From: Anaerolineae bacterium
Lineage (GTDB): Bacteria; Chloroflexota; Anaerolineae; UBA1429
Direction of reading: 5' to 3'
NCBI GenBank assembly: GCA_963675785.1
Contig: OY776562.1
Span: forward strand, 1 to 64,000
Length of the DNA stretch: 64,000 bases
Within the stretch, counting starts at the first letter, position 1, and every line of letters begins with the position of its first letter. Of the stretch, positions 9,238 to 18,448 are shown piece by piece. The notes below the pieces were generated by a model. It had not been told where the DNA came from. It saw only the letters and a list, made by a program, of their open reading frames with translations, and made no database searches. Both the position numbers and the translations under genes were made by a program.

Positions 9238-10974
9238 ATGAGTGATGATTTAGAGCTGCTTCGCCATTCTGCTGCCCACGTGATGGCCGAAGCTGTGACC
9301 CAGCTATTTCCCGATGCCAAGCTAGCCATTGGGCCGGCCATCGAGAATGGATTTTACTATGACTTTGATCTTCCTCGTGCGTTGACGCCCGAAGACCTTG
9401 TAAAGATTTCTGAGCTCATGGTCGAAAGCATCAAGGCGAAAAAGCCATTTGTACGTCAGGAGGTTAGTCGGGAAGAGGCACGTGTACTCTTTGCTGACCA
9501 GCCCTACAAGCTCGAACTCATTGAGGAACTTTCAGAGGGTGAGACGATCTCGGTGTACAGGCATGGTGATTTCATGGATCTTTGCCGGGGGCCACATGTC
9601 GAGGATACGGGCAAGCTCAAGTGGAATGCCTTCAAGTTGCTGAATACGGCGGGGGCCTATTGGCGCGGCGATGAAAAGCGCCCCATGCTGCAGCGTATCT
9701 ATGGCACAATCTGGCCGGATAAGCAGGATCTCAAGGACTATTTGGATCAATTGGCCGAAATCGAGCGGCGAGATCATCGCCGCCTGGGGCGCGAGCTAGA
9801 TCTTTTTAGTACGCACGAAGAAGCAGGCCCTGGCTTAGTTTACTGGCACCCCAAAGGCGCGCGTATGCGCACCATCGTCGAGGACTTTTGGCGCAAGCGT
9901 CATTACGAGGGTGGCTATGAGATTCTGTACACGCCGCATATCGGGCGTTCCTGGCTGTGGGAGACATCTGGGCACTTGGGATTCTACAATGAGAACATGT
10001 ACTCCCCCATGGATATTGACGGGCAGGATTACTATCTCAAACCTATGAACTGCCCCTTCCATATTTTGATTTACAAGACCCAGATGCGATCGTATCGTGA
10101 TTTGCCATTGCGTTGGGCTGAGCTGGGCACGGTATATCGCTATGAGCGTTCTGGCGTGCTGCATGGACTGCTGCGCGTGCGCGGATTTACCCAGGACGAT
10201 GCCCACATCATTTGCACGCCCGAGCAGATTGAAGACGAGATTCTGGGTGTATTGCGTTTTTCGCTCTCGTTGTGGGATGCCTTTGGCTTTAAAAAGGTCA
10301 AGGCTTACTTGGCCACGCGTCCCGAGAAATCGGTTGGCGAAGAGTCTCGCTGGGAACAGGCTACAGAATCGCTGCGCGGTGCGTTAGAGTCTGAAGGCAT
10401 AGAATACGAGCTCGACGAAGGCGGCGGAGCTTTTTACGGTCCCAAGATCGATCTAAAGATCACAGATGCTCTTGGCCGTGAGTGGCAGATGACGACAATT
10501 CAGTTCGACTTTAACCTGCCCGAGCGCTTTGATATGGTCTATGTGGGCGAGGATGGCAAGGATCATCAACCGTATATGGTACATCGCGCGCTGCTTGGCT
10601 CGCTGGAGCGGTTCTTTGGCGTGTTGATCGAACATTATGGCGGTGCTTTCCCGGTGTGGCTCGCGCCTGTCCAGGCCAAGGTGATCCCCATCTCTGATCG
10701 GCATTATGAATATGCCCGCGAAATTGTCGCTCAGCTCAAAACGGCAGGTATCCGCGTTGAACTGGATGATAGCAATGACCGTATGAACGCCAAGATTCGC
10801 AATGCTCAGCTCGCCAAGATTCCCTATATGCTTGTGATCGGCGATCGCGAATTAGAGAATGGCGAGGTATCGGTGCGGCTGCGCACGAATGATAATTTAG
10901 GCGCCATGGCGGTTGCAGATTGGCTCAAACGCGTAAATCAGCTTGTCGAAAGCCGTTCTCCCTCAGAGCTTTAG
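9238..10974 (+). CDS. thrS: Threonyl-tRNA synthetase (no N-terminal TGS domain)
   Basis: LRHSAAHVMA, DLCRGPH, RDHRRLG, KPMNCP, RVRGFTQDDAH, GAFYGPKID, HRALLGSLERF; ATG after GGAGG. Confidence 0.98.
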   Translation: MSDDLELLRHSAAHVMAEAVTQLFPDAKLAIGPAIENGFYYDFDLPRALTPEDLVKISELMVESIKAKKPFVRQEVSREEARVLFADQPYKLELIEELSEGETISVYRHGDFMDLCRGPHVEDTGKLKWNAFKLLNTAGAYWRGDEKRPMLQRIYGTIWPDKQDLKDYLDQLAEIERRDHRRLGRELDLFSTHEEAGPGLVYWHPKGARMRTIVEDFWRKRHYEGGYEILYTPHIGRSWLWETSGHLGFYNENMYSPMDIDGQDYYLKPMNCPFHILIYKTQMRSYRDLPLRWAELGTVYRYERSGVLHGLLRVRGFTQDDAHIICTPEQIEDEILGVLRFSLSLWDAFGFKKVKAYLATRPEKSVGEESRWEQATESLRGALESEGIEYELDEGGGAFYGPKIDLKITDALGREWQMTTIQFDFNLPERFDMVYVGEDGKDHQPYMVHRALLGSLERFFGVLIEHYGGAFPVWLAPVQAKVIPISDRHYEYAREIVAQLKTAGIRVELDDSNDRMNAKIRNAQLAKIPYMLVIGDRELENGEVSVRLRTNDNLGAMAVADWLKRVNQLVESRSPSEL

Positions 10975-11000
10975 GGCTTTGAGGGTCGGGTCGGTTGTAT

Positions 11001-11029
11001 TTGACACTTGTTATAGGCTGTGTTAGAGT
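11001..11029 (+). promoter_or_regulatory. Promoter of infC-rpmI-rplT
   Basis: TTGACA-N17-TAGAGT with TG extension. Confidence 0.6.
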
Positions 11030-11087
11030 TTAGTGTTGTAGATATTGACATCCGGCTCATTTGAGCAAGAACATGTGAGGTGCTGAA

Positions 11088-11639
11088 ATTAGCAGAAGAG
11101 AACATCGCCTAAACCGGGAGATTCGGGTGCGTGAAGTCCGTCTCATCGATGATAAGGGCAAGCAGTTGGGGATTTATCCCACGCGCGAGGCCCTTCGCAT
11201 GGCTGAGGAGCGGGATCTAGATCTCGTTGAGGTTGCGCCGCAGGCTAGGCCGCCAGTATGTCGGCTCATGTCTTACAGCAAGTTCTTGTACGAGCGTTCT
11301 CGCAAGGAACGCGAGGCTCGCAAGGCGCAAAAGCAAGTCGAGGTCAAAGAGATTCGGCTGCATCCTAAAATGGCTGATCATGATGTGCAAGTCAAACTAA
11401 ACCGAGCCCGTGATTTTCTGGCTGACGGTGCCAAGGTGCGTATTCGTGTACGCTTCCGTGGCCGTGAAATTGCACATAATGAGATTGCCCGAGAGATGCT
11501 GGATAAAATCGCAGACCAAATGAGTGATGTTGCGACTGTTGAACAGCAAGCCAGGATGGAAGGCTACACTCTTTTGATGGTGCTTGTGCCTAACGCAAGT
11601 GCAAGTACGAGCACAAGCGAAAGTGAAAGTCAGCAGTAA
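11088..11639 (+). CDS. infC: Translation initiation factor IF-3 (ATT start)
   Basis: GAGGTG RBS then in-frame ATT AGC AGA...[15 protein letters not shown]; LDLVEV..PPVCRLM; KEIRL; FRGRE. Confidence 0.95.
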   Translation: MSRREHRLNREIRVREVRLIDDKGKQLGIYPTREALRMAEERDLDLVEVAPQARPPVCRLMSYSKFLYERSRKEREARKAQKQVEVKEIRLHPKMADHDVQVKLNRARDFLADGAKVRIRVRFRGREIAHNEIAREMLDKIADQMSDVATVEQQARMEGYTLLMVLVPNASASTSTSESESQQ

Positions 11640-11658
11640 CTGTATCGGAGGACCCAAA

Positions 11659-11871
11659 GTGCCTAAAATCAAGACCCATAAGGCCACCGCTAAGCGTTTC
11701 AGGCTAACCGGTTCGGGCAAGCTGGTACGGACTAAGAGTGACCAATCGCATCTCAAGCGACACAAGTCCTCAAGGTCCAAGCGTGCCTCTCGCCGTATGC
11801 ATGAGGTTGAGACTGGTGGAGAGATCAAGCGCGTGAAGCGACTTGCTCCCTATATGAAAAAGGGCAAGTAG
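11659..11871 (+). CDS. rpmI: 50S ribosomal protein L35
   Basis: [21 protein letters not shown]; GTG start after GGAGG. Confidence 0.96.
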   Translation: MPKIKTHKATAKRFRLTGSGKLVRTKSDQSHLKRHKSSRSKRASRRMHEVETGGEIKRVKRLAPYMKKGK

Positions 11872-11892
11872 CTAACCAGCTAGGGGTGAAAA

Positions 11893-12273
11893 GTGGCTAG
11901 AGTTAAAACAGGACCTGTAACCAGAGCTCGTCATAATAAGGTGCTCAAGCTTACCAAAGGGCACCAGATGACCAAGCATAGGTTGTTCCGTCGCGCGAAC
12001 GAGTCGATGTTGAGTGCGCTCAAATACTCGACACGCGATCGGAAGAATCTCAAGCGTGATATGCGCCGTCTTTGGATTACCCGTATTAACGCGGGTGCCC
12101 GTCAGAACGGCACGACCTATAGCAAGATGATGTATGGCCTCAAACTGGCCGGTGTAGACGTGAACCGCAAGATGCTATCTGAGATGGCTATCAGCGATCC
12201 CGCCGGCTTCACTGAGCTTGTTCATGTTGCCAATCAAGCGGTTGCTTTGGCAGCCGAGTCATCTGCGGCATAA
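11893..12273 (+). CDS. rplT: 50S ribosomal protein L20
   Basis: MARVK, RDRK..KRDMRRLWITRINA, NRKMLSEMA. Confidence 0.97.
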   Translation: MARVKTGPVTRARHNKVLKLTKGHQMTKHRLFRRANESMLSALKYSTRDRKNLKRDMRRLWITRINAGARQNGTTYSKMMYGLKLAGVDVNRKMLSEMAISDPAGFTELVHVANQAVALAAESSAA

Positions 12274-12275
12274 TT

Positions 12276-13076
12276 GTGATCCGTGATCTCCCGGTGATCA
12301 CGAGCCCTGTTAATGACAGGGTCAAGTATGTCAAGAACCTGCAAAAGGGGCGGGTTCGCCATCATGAGGGGTGTTATTTACTCGAAGGCCTACGGCTGAT
12401 CGAGCAAGCACTCGATAACGGTGGTGAACCTGCCTTTTCTTTCTTCCTCGATTCTCTTTTGACAGAGGATCGTGCCGCAGCCCTTGCGGAACGGCTCATG
12501 GCAGTATCTCCCGTCTACATTGTGGCAGAAGCTGTGCTTAACGCCGTTGCGGATACAGAAACTCCTCAGGGCATATTGGCTGTGTTTCGTATCCCTCTGT
12601 TTTCTCCTGACAAAGTTGCTGAGAACGAGCTTGCTATCGTGTTAGATGGTGTGTCTGATCCGGGCAATATGGGGACGATCCTTCGTTGCGCACAGGGAAG
12701 CGGATTTTCTACCGCACTTCTTGCAAAAGGGTGTGTGGATCCTTATTCGCCCAAAGCAGTGCGGGCAGGTATGGGTGCTCAGGAATTTCTGAACGTGGGT
12801 TATGGATTCGCATGGCCTCAAGTTGAGGATATGCTGCGGGGCAGACAAATAGCTCTGGCGAACATGACCGCCGAAAAGACGGTTTGGGATGTGGATTGGA
12901 CCAAGCCGACTGCCCTAATCATTGGCAATGAGGCACACGGTGTATCTGAAGAGGCGTTAGCTGTTGCGACAGAGCTATTCTCTCTCCCCATGGAGGGGGG
13001 GTTAGAATCCCTGAACGCAGCAATGGCAGCATCCATCAGTATGTTTGAAGCAGTGAGACAACGTCGAAAGCAGTAG
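12276..13076 (+). CDS. TrmH/SpoU family RNA methyltransferase
   Basis: DPGNMGTILR, IGNEAHGVS, ESLNAAMA SPOUT motifs. Confidence 0.92.
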   Translation: MIRDLPVITSPVNDRVKYVKNLQKGRVRHHEGCYLLEGLRLIEQALDNGGEPAFSFFLDSLLTEDRAAALAERLMAVSPVYIVAEAVLNAVADTETPQGILAVFRIPLFSPDKVAENELAIVLDGVSDPGNMGTILRCAQGSGFSTALLAKGCVDPYSPKAVRAGMGAQEFLNVGYGFAWPQVEDMLRGRQIALANMTAEKTVWDVDWTKPTALIIGNEAHGVSEEALAVATELFSLPMEGGLESLNAAMAASISMFEAVRQRRKQ

Positions 13077-13077
13077 T

Positions 13078-13587
13078 TCACTTACTCGCTGCATCAAGAA
13101 TCAAACCAAGCGCTGCGATGGCTGATTCCAATTTATTCCCCGAACGATCGTTATTCCAGCAATAGTGCTCTACACGGGTTTCGCAGGCTGTAGCGATAGC
13201 CATGTAAACAGTTCCCACTGGTTTTTCTGGTGTGCCTCCCGTAGGGCCCGCAATGCCTGTAATAGAGATAGCCACATCAACCACTAAACGCTCGCGTGCT
13301 CCCTCCGCCATCGCTTTGGCTACGGCTGCACTCACAGCACCTTCTAGATCGATAACCTCTTGTGGAACACCCAACGCGTGATGTTTGATCTCGTTTGCAT
13401 AGGCAATAATTCCGCCAACGAAACAAGCCGAACTCCCCGACACTTCTGTGATCAGATGCCCGACAAGTCCTCCTGTGCAAGACTCGGCTGTTGCCAGAGT
13501 CATTGCTTTTTCCGAATAGCGCTCAACAACGCGTTCTGCAAGTTTGAGAGCTGTTGTATACAAGGGATGCAATCTCTTACTCCTCAT
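13078..13587 (-). CDS. CinA C-terminal domain protein (nicotinamide-nucleotide amidohydrolase, PncC-like)
   Basis: ATAESCTGG, GSSACF, GAVS..VA.AMAEG, SITGIAGPTGGT..KPVGTV. Confidence 0.9.
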   Translation of the reverse strand: MRSKRLHPLYTTALKLAERVVERYSEKAMTLATAESCTGGLVGHLITEVSGSSACFVGGIIAYANEIKHHALGVPQEVIDLEGAVSAAVAKAMAEGARERLVVDVAISITGIAGPTGGTPEKPVGTVYMAIATACETRVEHYCWNNDRSGNKLESAIAALGLILDAASK

Positions 13588-13627
13588 TCCCATAGTTGTC
13601 CAAGTATAGCATTGTTGCGAGCTGTGG

Positions 13628-13671
13628 AAAAAGAAGCGTCCCCTGAACGCTGGCTGGTGCGTTCAGGGGAC
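13628..13671 (-). terminator. Terminator after the opp operon
   Basis: 13-bp stem GTCCCCTGAACGC/GCGTTCAGGGGAC with a T-rich tail on the - strand. Confidence 0.7.
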
Positions 13672-13745
13672 TGTAGGCAAAGGCTCCCAGGACTAGCGTC
13701 AGACAGGCTATCGTCTGGCTATCCCTGGCCTGAGGAGGGAAGAGC

Positions 13746-14711
13746 CTAGGTGTTTTTCATACGCGGGTCCAAGGCGTCACGCAGTCCATCGCCCAGGAAG
13801 GTAAAAGACAATACGACCAGGCCAACACATATAGCCGGTGCAAGCAATAGCCATGGCTGAGCCGAAATGGCTGATTGTCCTTCGAGCATCAATGATCCCC
13901 AACTAGAGATAAAAATCGCTTCGGGGTTGGTGGTCGGCCTAAGGCCGAGTCCTAGATAGCCTAGTACGGCTTCGACGATGATCATGCGTGGAACGGTAAA
14001 GGCGATAATAACTACCAACTCACTCAGTACATTGGGAAAGATGTGCCGCATCATGATGCGCCAAGTTGGCGCGCCAATGGCTCGCGCTGCCTCTATGTAC
14101 TCTTGTTCGCGGACAGAGAGCACAGAGCCGCGTACAATACGGGCTACACTCACCCACGAAACAAAAGCCAGCGCGATGAATAATAGCAGGAGGCCGCTGA
14201 ACATCTGACCTACTGTGGTATCACGCAGCGTGGCCACCAAGATGATATAGATGAGCAAATCCGGAAAAGCATAAAAAACATCGGTGATGCGCATGACAAT
14301 GTTATCGATCCGACCTCCGTGGTAGCCGGCAATCATACCAATGCTGGTGCCTATCACGACAATGATGCCGACGGGAACGAATCCCGTGACCATGGAAACG
14401 CGTGCGCCGTAGATAAGGCGGCTCAGCACATCGCGGCCGATAGCATCGGTGCCGAGTATGAACTCGGTCGTTCCCGATTTGCCAGTGGCCGATTCTTTGA
14501 CCCAGGCAGCAGGCAAAAAACTGCTCCTGGCATTGATCTCTAGCGGATTGTGTGGTGCGATCTTGTCAGCAAAAATTGCAGTAAAGGCAAAAACAAGAAT
14601 GATGATCACACCCATAACGGCAGCTTTGTTGCGTATAAGACGCAACCAGGCGTCGTGCCACAAGCTGTTGCTTTTTTCAGTTAGTTCATTTGGTAAGGGT
14701 TGGGCTTTCAT
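13746..14711 (-). CDS. oppC: Oligopeptide/dipeptide-type ABC permease (OppC/DppC)
   Basis: LGTDAIGRDVLSRLIYGARVS, EAARAIGA, HIFPN, GDGLRDALDPR. Confidence 0.92.
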   Translation of the reverse strand: MKAQPLPNELTEKSNSLWHDAWLRLIRNKAAVMGVIIILVFAFTAIFADKIAPHNPLEINARSSFLPAAWVKESATGKSGTTEFILGTDAIGRDVLSRLIYGARVSMVTGFVPVGIIVVIGTSIGMIAGYHGGRIDNIVMRITDVFYAFPDLLIYIILVATLRDTTVGQMFSGLLLLFIALAFVSWVSVARIVRGSVLSVREQEYIEAARAIGAPTWRIMMRHIFPNVLSELVVIIAFTVPRMIIVEAVLGYLGLGLRPTTNPEAIFISSWGSLMLEGQSAISAQPWLLLAPAICVGLVVLSFTFLGDGLRDALDPRMKNT

Positions 14712-14743
14712 CTGCGTTTTATCTCGTTTTGTAGGGTCTTTGG

Positions 14744-15739
14744 CTAGTCTAGTTTGATCCGAGGATCTACCCAACTATACATAATATCTACCATCAAGTT
14801 TGAGACAGAGATGAGTACACCATATACAAGTGTTGTCCCCATAATCATGGAATAATCACGGTTGCTAATAGCCGTGACATACTCTCGTCCGATACCCGGG
14901 AAGCCGAACATGGTCTCGACGATGAACGACCCGGTGAGAAGACCGGCTAGTGAAGGACCTAGCATGGTGATGACGGGTATCAGTGCGTTACGCAGCATAT
15001 GCCGGTCGACGACTAGTGTCTCGTGCAAACCTTTGGCTCTGGCAGTTCGCACATAGTCCTGGCGCATGACTTCGAGCATGGAAGAACGCATAAGACGTGC
15101 CGTAAAGGCTGTGGTATAAAACCCCAGTACCAGGGCTGGCATGATCCAAACGTTGATCGAGCCCCAATCTCTGGGCACGACGGGCGCCCAACCCAGCCAG
15201 ACCGATACGATGATGATGAGAAAGATACCAATGACAAAGTTGGGTACGGATACGCCAATGTTGGCAATGAATGCAGATAAATAGTCGATCCAGGTATTTT
15301 GTTTTAACGCAGAGATGATGCCTGAAGGAATGCCAACGACGATGGCGAATGTAAAGGATAAAAGCGCCAGGCGGAGCGAATAGCCAAACTTGCTATGCCA
15401 AAAGGTCGTATTGTCGTTGATGCCAAAGAGAATATCTTGGACTGTACGCCCTCTCTGTCTGTATGAAGGCCCCAGATTTCCTCCGATCGCTCCCCATTCC
15501 CAGTTTCCCTCTTCATCTACATCACCAAAGATATAAGAAGTGAACTGTCGCCAGAGAGGCTTATCAAGGCCAAATTGCTCTTCGAGCTTGGCAAGTGTGC
15601 TGGCGTCGAGCTGCTTTCGTGTGGGATCGCGATCCCAGGGGCCGCCCGGGGCAGCATGCATGAGCAAAAAAGTCACTAATGCGATTGCCAGAATGACCGG
15701 AATCATCCAGAGTGCACGCCGAATCAGGTACTTGGCCAT
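14744..15739 (-). CDS. oppB: Oligopeptide/dipeptide-type ABC permease (OppB/DppB)
   Basis: APGGPW, GLDKPL, DYVRTARAKGL, HMLRNALIP, DPRI. Confidence 0.92.
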   Translation of the reverse strand: MAKYLIRRALWMIPVILAIALVTFLLMHAAPGGPWDRDPTRKQLDASTLAKLEEQFGLDKPLWRQFTSYIFGDVDEEGNWEWGAIGGNLGPSYRQRGRTVQDILFGINDNTTFWHSKFGYSLRLALLSFTFAIVVGIPSGIISALKQNTWIDYLSAFIANIGVSVPNFVIGIFLIIIVSVWLGWAPVVPRDWGSINVWIMPALVLGFYTTAFTARLMRSSMLEVMRQDYVRTARAKGLHETLVVDRHMLRNALIPVITMLGPSLAGLLTGSFIVETMFGFPGIGREYVTAISNRDYSMIMGTTLVYGVLISVSNLMVDIMYSWVDPRIKLD

Positions 15740-15796
15740 AGAGATCTCCAATAAAGGGTGGCAAGGGCCCCCTGAGAGGCCCTTGCCCGTTTTAGA

Positions 15797-17554
15797 TTAT
15801 TGCGGCAACAGTGAGGTATCGATGTCAACGCTGGTCGGTTCGTAGGAGCCTGGCCAGAGCACGTCCATGGCGAACGGCTCGATACCAGTGACCCACGGCT
15901 TGACCAGGAAGGCTTGCGTTGTGTGGTACATGAACGCTGCCGGGCAATCTGCAATGATCAGATCCTGGGCCTCCTGATAAAGCTGGATTCGTACGTCCTG
16001 ATCCAATGATGTATCGGCCATCGCGATTTTTTCATCGACTTCGGCGTTTGAATACCCCACCATGTTCCAGGCCTGAGCGCCAGTCTTCCAATAAGCGCTG
16101 ATCCAAGTCTGCGGGTCAGGATAGTCTGCACACCAGCCTAGCAGGAACAACTGCGGTGCTGTCTCGATGTCTTTGGTGAGTGCTGAGTAGGTGGTTGGCT
16201 CCACTGGGTTGAGCTCGACATCCACACCGAGGACTTCTTTCCATGCAGCAGCCAGCCATTCGTGGCGCAAGCGGTTGCGTGCTGTATCAGAGTATGTATC
16301 GACGATAGTTGGCAGGTTTTCCGCACTGCCATAGCTGGATTCTGCCAACGCCTGGCGTGCTGCTTCGGGGTCATAGCCCCAACGGGTCTCGTCTTCTACA
16401 CTGCCGGGCAGGCCAGCAGGTATCCATGTGAGGCTGGCAATACCCAGGCCACTAAGTACGTCACGAGAATAGGCTTCGCGATCCAGAGCCATGGCAAATG
16501 CCTGGCGCACCTTTGGATCATCAAATGGTTCCTTGGAGCTGTTAAAGATAAAGCCAAAGGTGCACGATCCGGCGTACTGGAGGTACTCTTCGGAGAGCAC
16601 GTCATCATTCAAAATAGTCGCTAGGTCCTCGGCGGCCACGCTAATAATGTCAAATTCGTCATTCTGATAGGCCTGAAAAACGACAGCTGATTCCGTGATA
16701 TACGAGTACTCGAGGTTCACCTTTGCCATTTCGCCGTGATAGTAGGCATTAGGCTTGAAGGTTGTGCGGACCTGGGGCTCCATTTCGGCCATGTAGAAGG
16801 GGCCATTGCCAATATGATTGGCCGCATCGATCCACCAGTCCTCGCCTTTTTCGGTGATGATTTCTTCTTTGACGGGGAAGGTAACCCAGAGTGCTGCAAC
16901 CGAGCCAAAGTAGGGAACAGGCCGCGAGAAGGTGAGCTTGAGGACGAGGCCTTCGGGGTCATCATAGCTTTCGCAGACGGTACCGTCGGTTCTAAGCGCG
17001 ACAACGCTTTGCATGACGGTTTCCTGACCCTGGGCAATTTCCTCATCAGTTTCGCCATAACGCCATGCTTCAGCACCGTTGATCTCGTCGGTGATATAGC
17101 CATATTCGCCGGCTGTTTCGGGGTTGATGTTGCGCAGAATTGCATACTCGAAACGCTTGGCGTTGAGCAGGCTGCCATCGCTGTACTTGAGATTTTCACG
17201 AATGTAAAAGGTCCATTCGGTGGCGTCATCATTCATTTCCCAGCGTTCTGCAGCGCCGGGGATCACATTGCCCTCGCTATCGAAAGCAGTCAAACCTTGA
17301 TACATCATGATCAAGTGGGCAATTTCCGCCATGAACGAGGATTTTTGCGGATCAATGATGTCGGGATAGCCACTGTTCAGATTGATGCGTAGCGTTTTAT
17401 CTGTCGTTACGCTTACGGGGGAACTTGTCTCACTTGTTCCAGCCCCCGGCTCTGTTGTCTCTGGTGTTTCTGTGGGCTTGGCACAGCCAACAGCCAGAAT
17501 GCTGATGATGAGCAACAGGGCCAGTAGCTGTGTGCAACGTTTCTTTGCTCGCAT
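15797..17554 (-). CDS. oppA: ABC substrate-binding lipoprotein, family 5 (OppA-like)
   Basis: Lipobox LAVGC, GNGPF, PFDDPKVRQAFAMALDR, GWCADYPDPQ. Confidence 0.92.
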   Translation of the reverse strand: MRAKKRCTQLLALLLIISILAVGCAKPTETPETTEPGAGTSETSSPVSVTTDKTLRINLNSGYPDIIDPQKSSFMAEIAHLIMMYQGLTAFDSEGNVIPGAAERWEMNDDATEWTFYIRENLKYSDGSLLNAKRFEYAILRNINPETAGEYGYITDEINGAEAWRYGETDEEIAQGQETVMQSVVALRTDGTVCESYDDPEGLVLKLTFSRPVPYFGSVAALWVTFPVKEEIITEKGEDWWIDAANHIGNGPFYMAEMEPQVRTTFKPNAYYHGEMAKVNLEYSYITESAVVFQAYQNDEFDIISVAAEDLATILNDDVLSEEYLQYAGSCTFGFIFNSSKEPFDDPKVRQAFAMALDREAYSRDVLSGLGIASLTWIPAGLPGSVEDETRWGYDPEAARQALAESSYGSAENLPTIVDTYSDTARNRLRHEWLAAAWKEVLGVDVELNPVEPTTYSALTKDIETAPQLFLLGWCADYPDPQTWISAYWKTGAQAWNMVGYSNAEVDEKIAMADTSLDQDVRIQLYQEAQDLIIADCPAAFMYHTTQAFLVKPWVTGIEPFAMDVLWPGSYEPTSVDIDTSLLPQ

Positions 17555-17776
17555 TGTTTCCTCCAGTCTAGGGCGATCGGTGTGAACCCGATTTGTAAGA
17601 ACAAACCCCATCGTCGAACAAAAAACGTTCGAAACGACGGGGCCTCATTGCCTCGGATACACCTTTGTCTCAGTCTAGGCACATGGAGGACTTCACACAT
17701 CAGAGGTTTGGGGCGTTTTGCCTCAATAAAAAGGACCGCCCAGAGGGCGGTCGGATACAACTTTTGTTGTAGAAGG

Positions 17777-18448
17777 TCAGCTATTCGTGCCAGTATCAGA
17801 AAGAGAGGCATAGCCTTCGCGCAGGGCATAAAGTGCAGCCTGGGTTCTGCTGGCCAGGTGTAGTTTGGAGAGAATATTGCTGACGTGGGTCCGTACGGTG
17901 GCTTCAGAGATGAACAGACGGTCGGCAATCTCGCGGTTACTGCACCCTTGCGCCACAAGTTGAAGCACACCCATCTCTCGTTGTGTGAGTGGGTCTACTT
18001 CATCAGAATGAGGATGTTCAGGCTCGGCGATTTCAGAAAGAAGCATACGTGCTACGGCTGGATGCAGCCAGGATTCACCCGAGTGAATGCGCCGTATGGC
18101 CGAGACTACTTCATCAGGCTCTGCGATCTTTAAAAGATAGCCCAGAGCGCCAGCTTTCAGAGCCGGCAAGACCTTTTCGTCTGTGCCGAAACTGGTGAGC
18201 ACCAGAACGCGGATGTTTGCATTCGCTGTCGTGATTCTGCGCGTGGCCTCAATACCATCGATGTCGGGCATAACCAGATCCATAAGCACCACATCGGGCT
18301 GCTTTTCCAGTGCTTTGTCGATGGCTTGCTGGCCGTTCTCTGCTTCATCAACAACAACGATATCCGGCTCTAGTTCTAGCAACGAGTGAATGCCCCTACG
18401 CACGATAGCGTGATCATCCGCTATCAGCACGCGTATTTTTTCACTCAC
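17777..18448 (-). CDS. NarL/LuxR family response regulator
   Basis: IADDHAIVRRG, PDVVLMD, LTSF, GYLLK; HTH LTQRE..VAQG.SNREIA..TVRTHVSNI. Confidence 0.95.
   Translation of the reverse strand: MSEKIRVLIADDHAIVRRGIHSLLELEPDIVVVDEAENGQQAIDKALEKQPDVVLMDLVMPDIDGIEATRRITTANANIRVLVLTSFGTDEKVLPALKAGALGYLLKIAEPDEVVSAIRRIHSGESWLHPAVARMLLSEIAEPEHPHSDEVDPLTQREMGVLQLVAQGCSNREIADRLFISEATVRTHVSNILSKLHLASRTQAALYALREGYASLSDTGTNS

Noticed and set aside
9108-9341. ORFs overlapping the thrS leader, and the extended 9190 start
   Set aside because: Explained by the T-box; the true ATG at 9238 follows GGAGG
11030-11087. L20 leader upstream of infC
   Set aside because: The region is short and I could not find the conserved structure or a terminator
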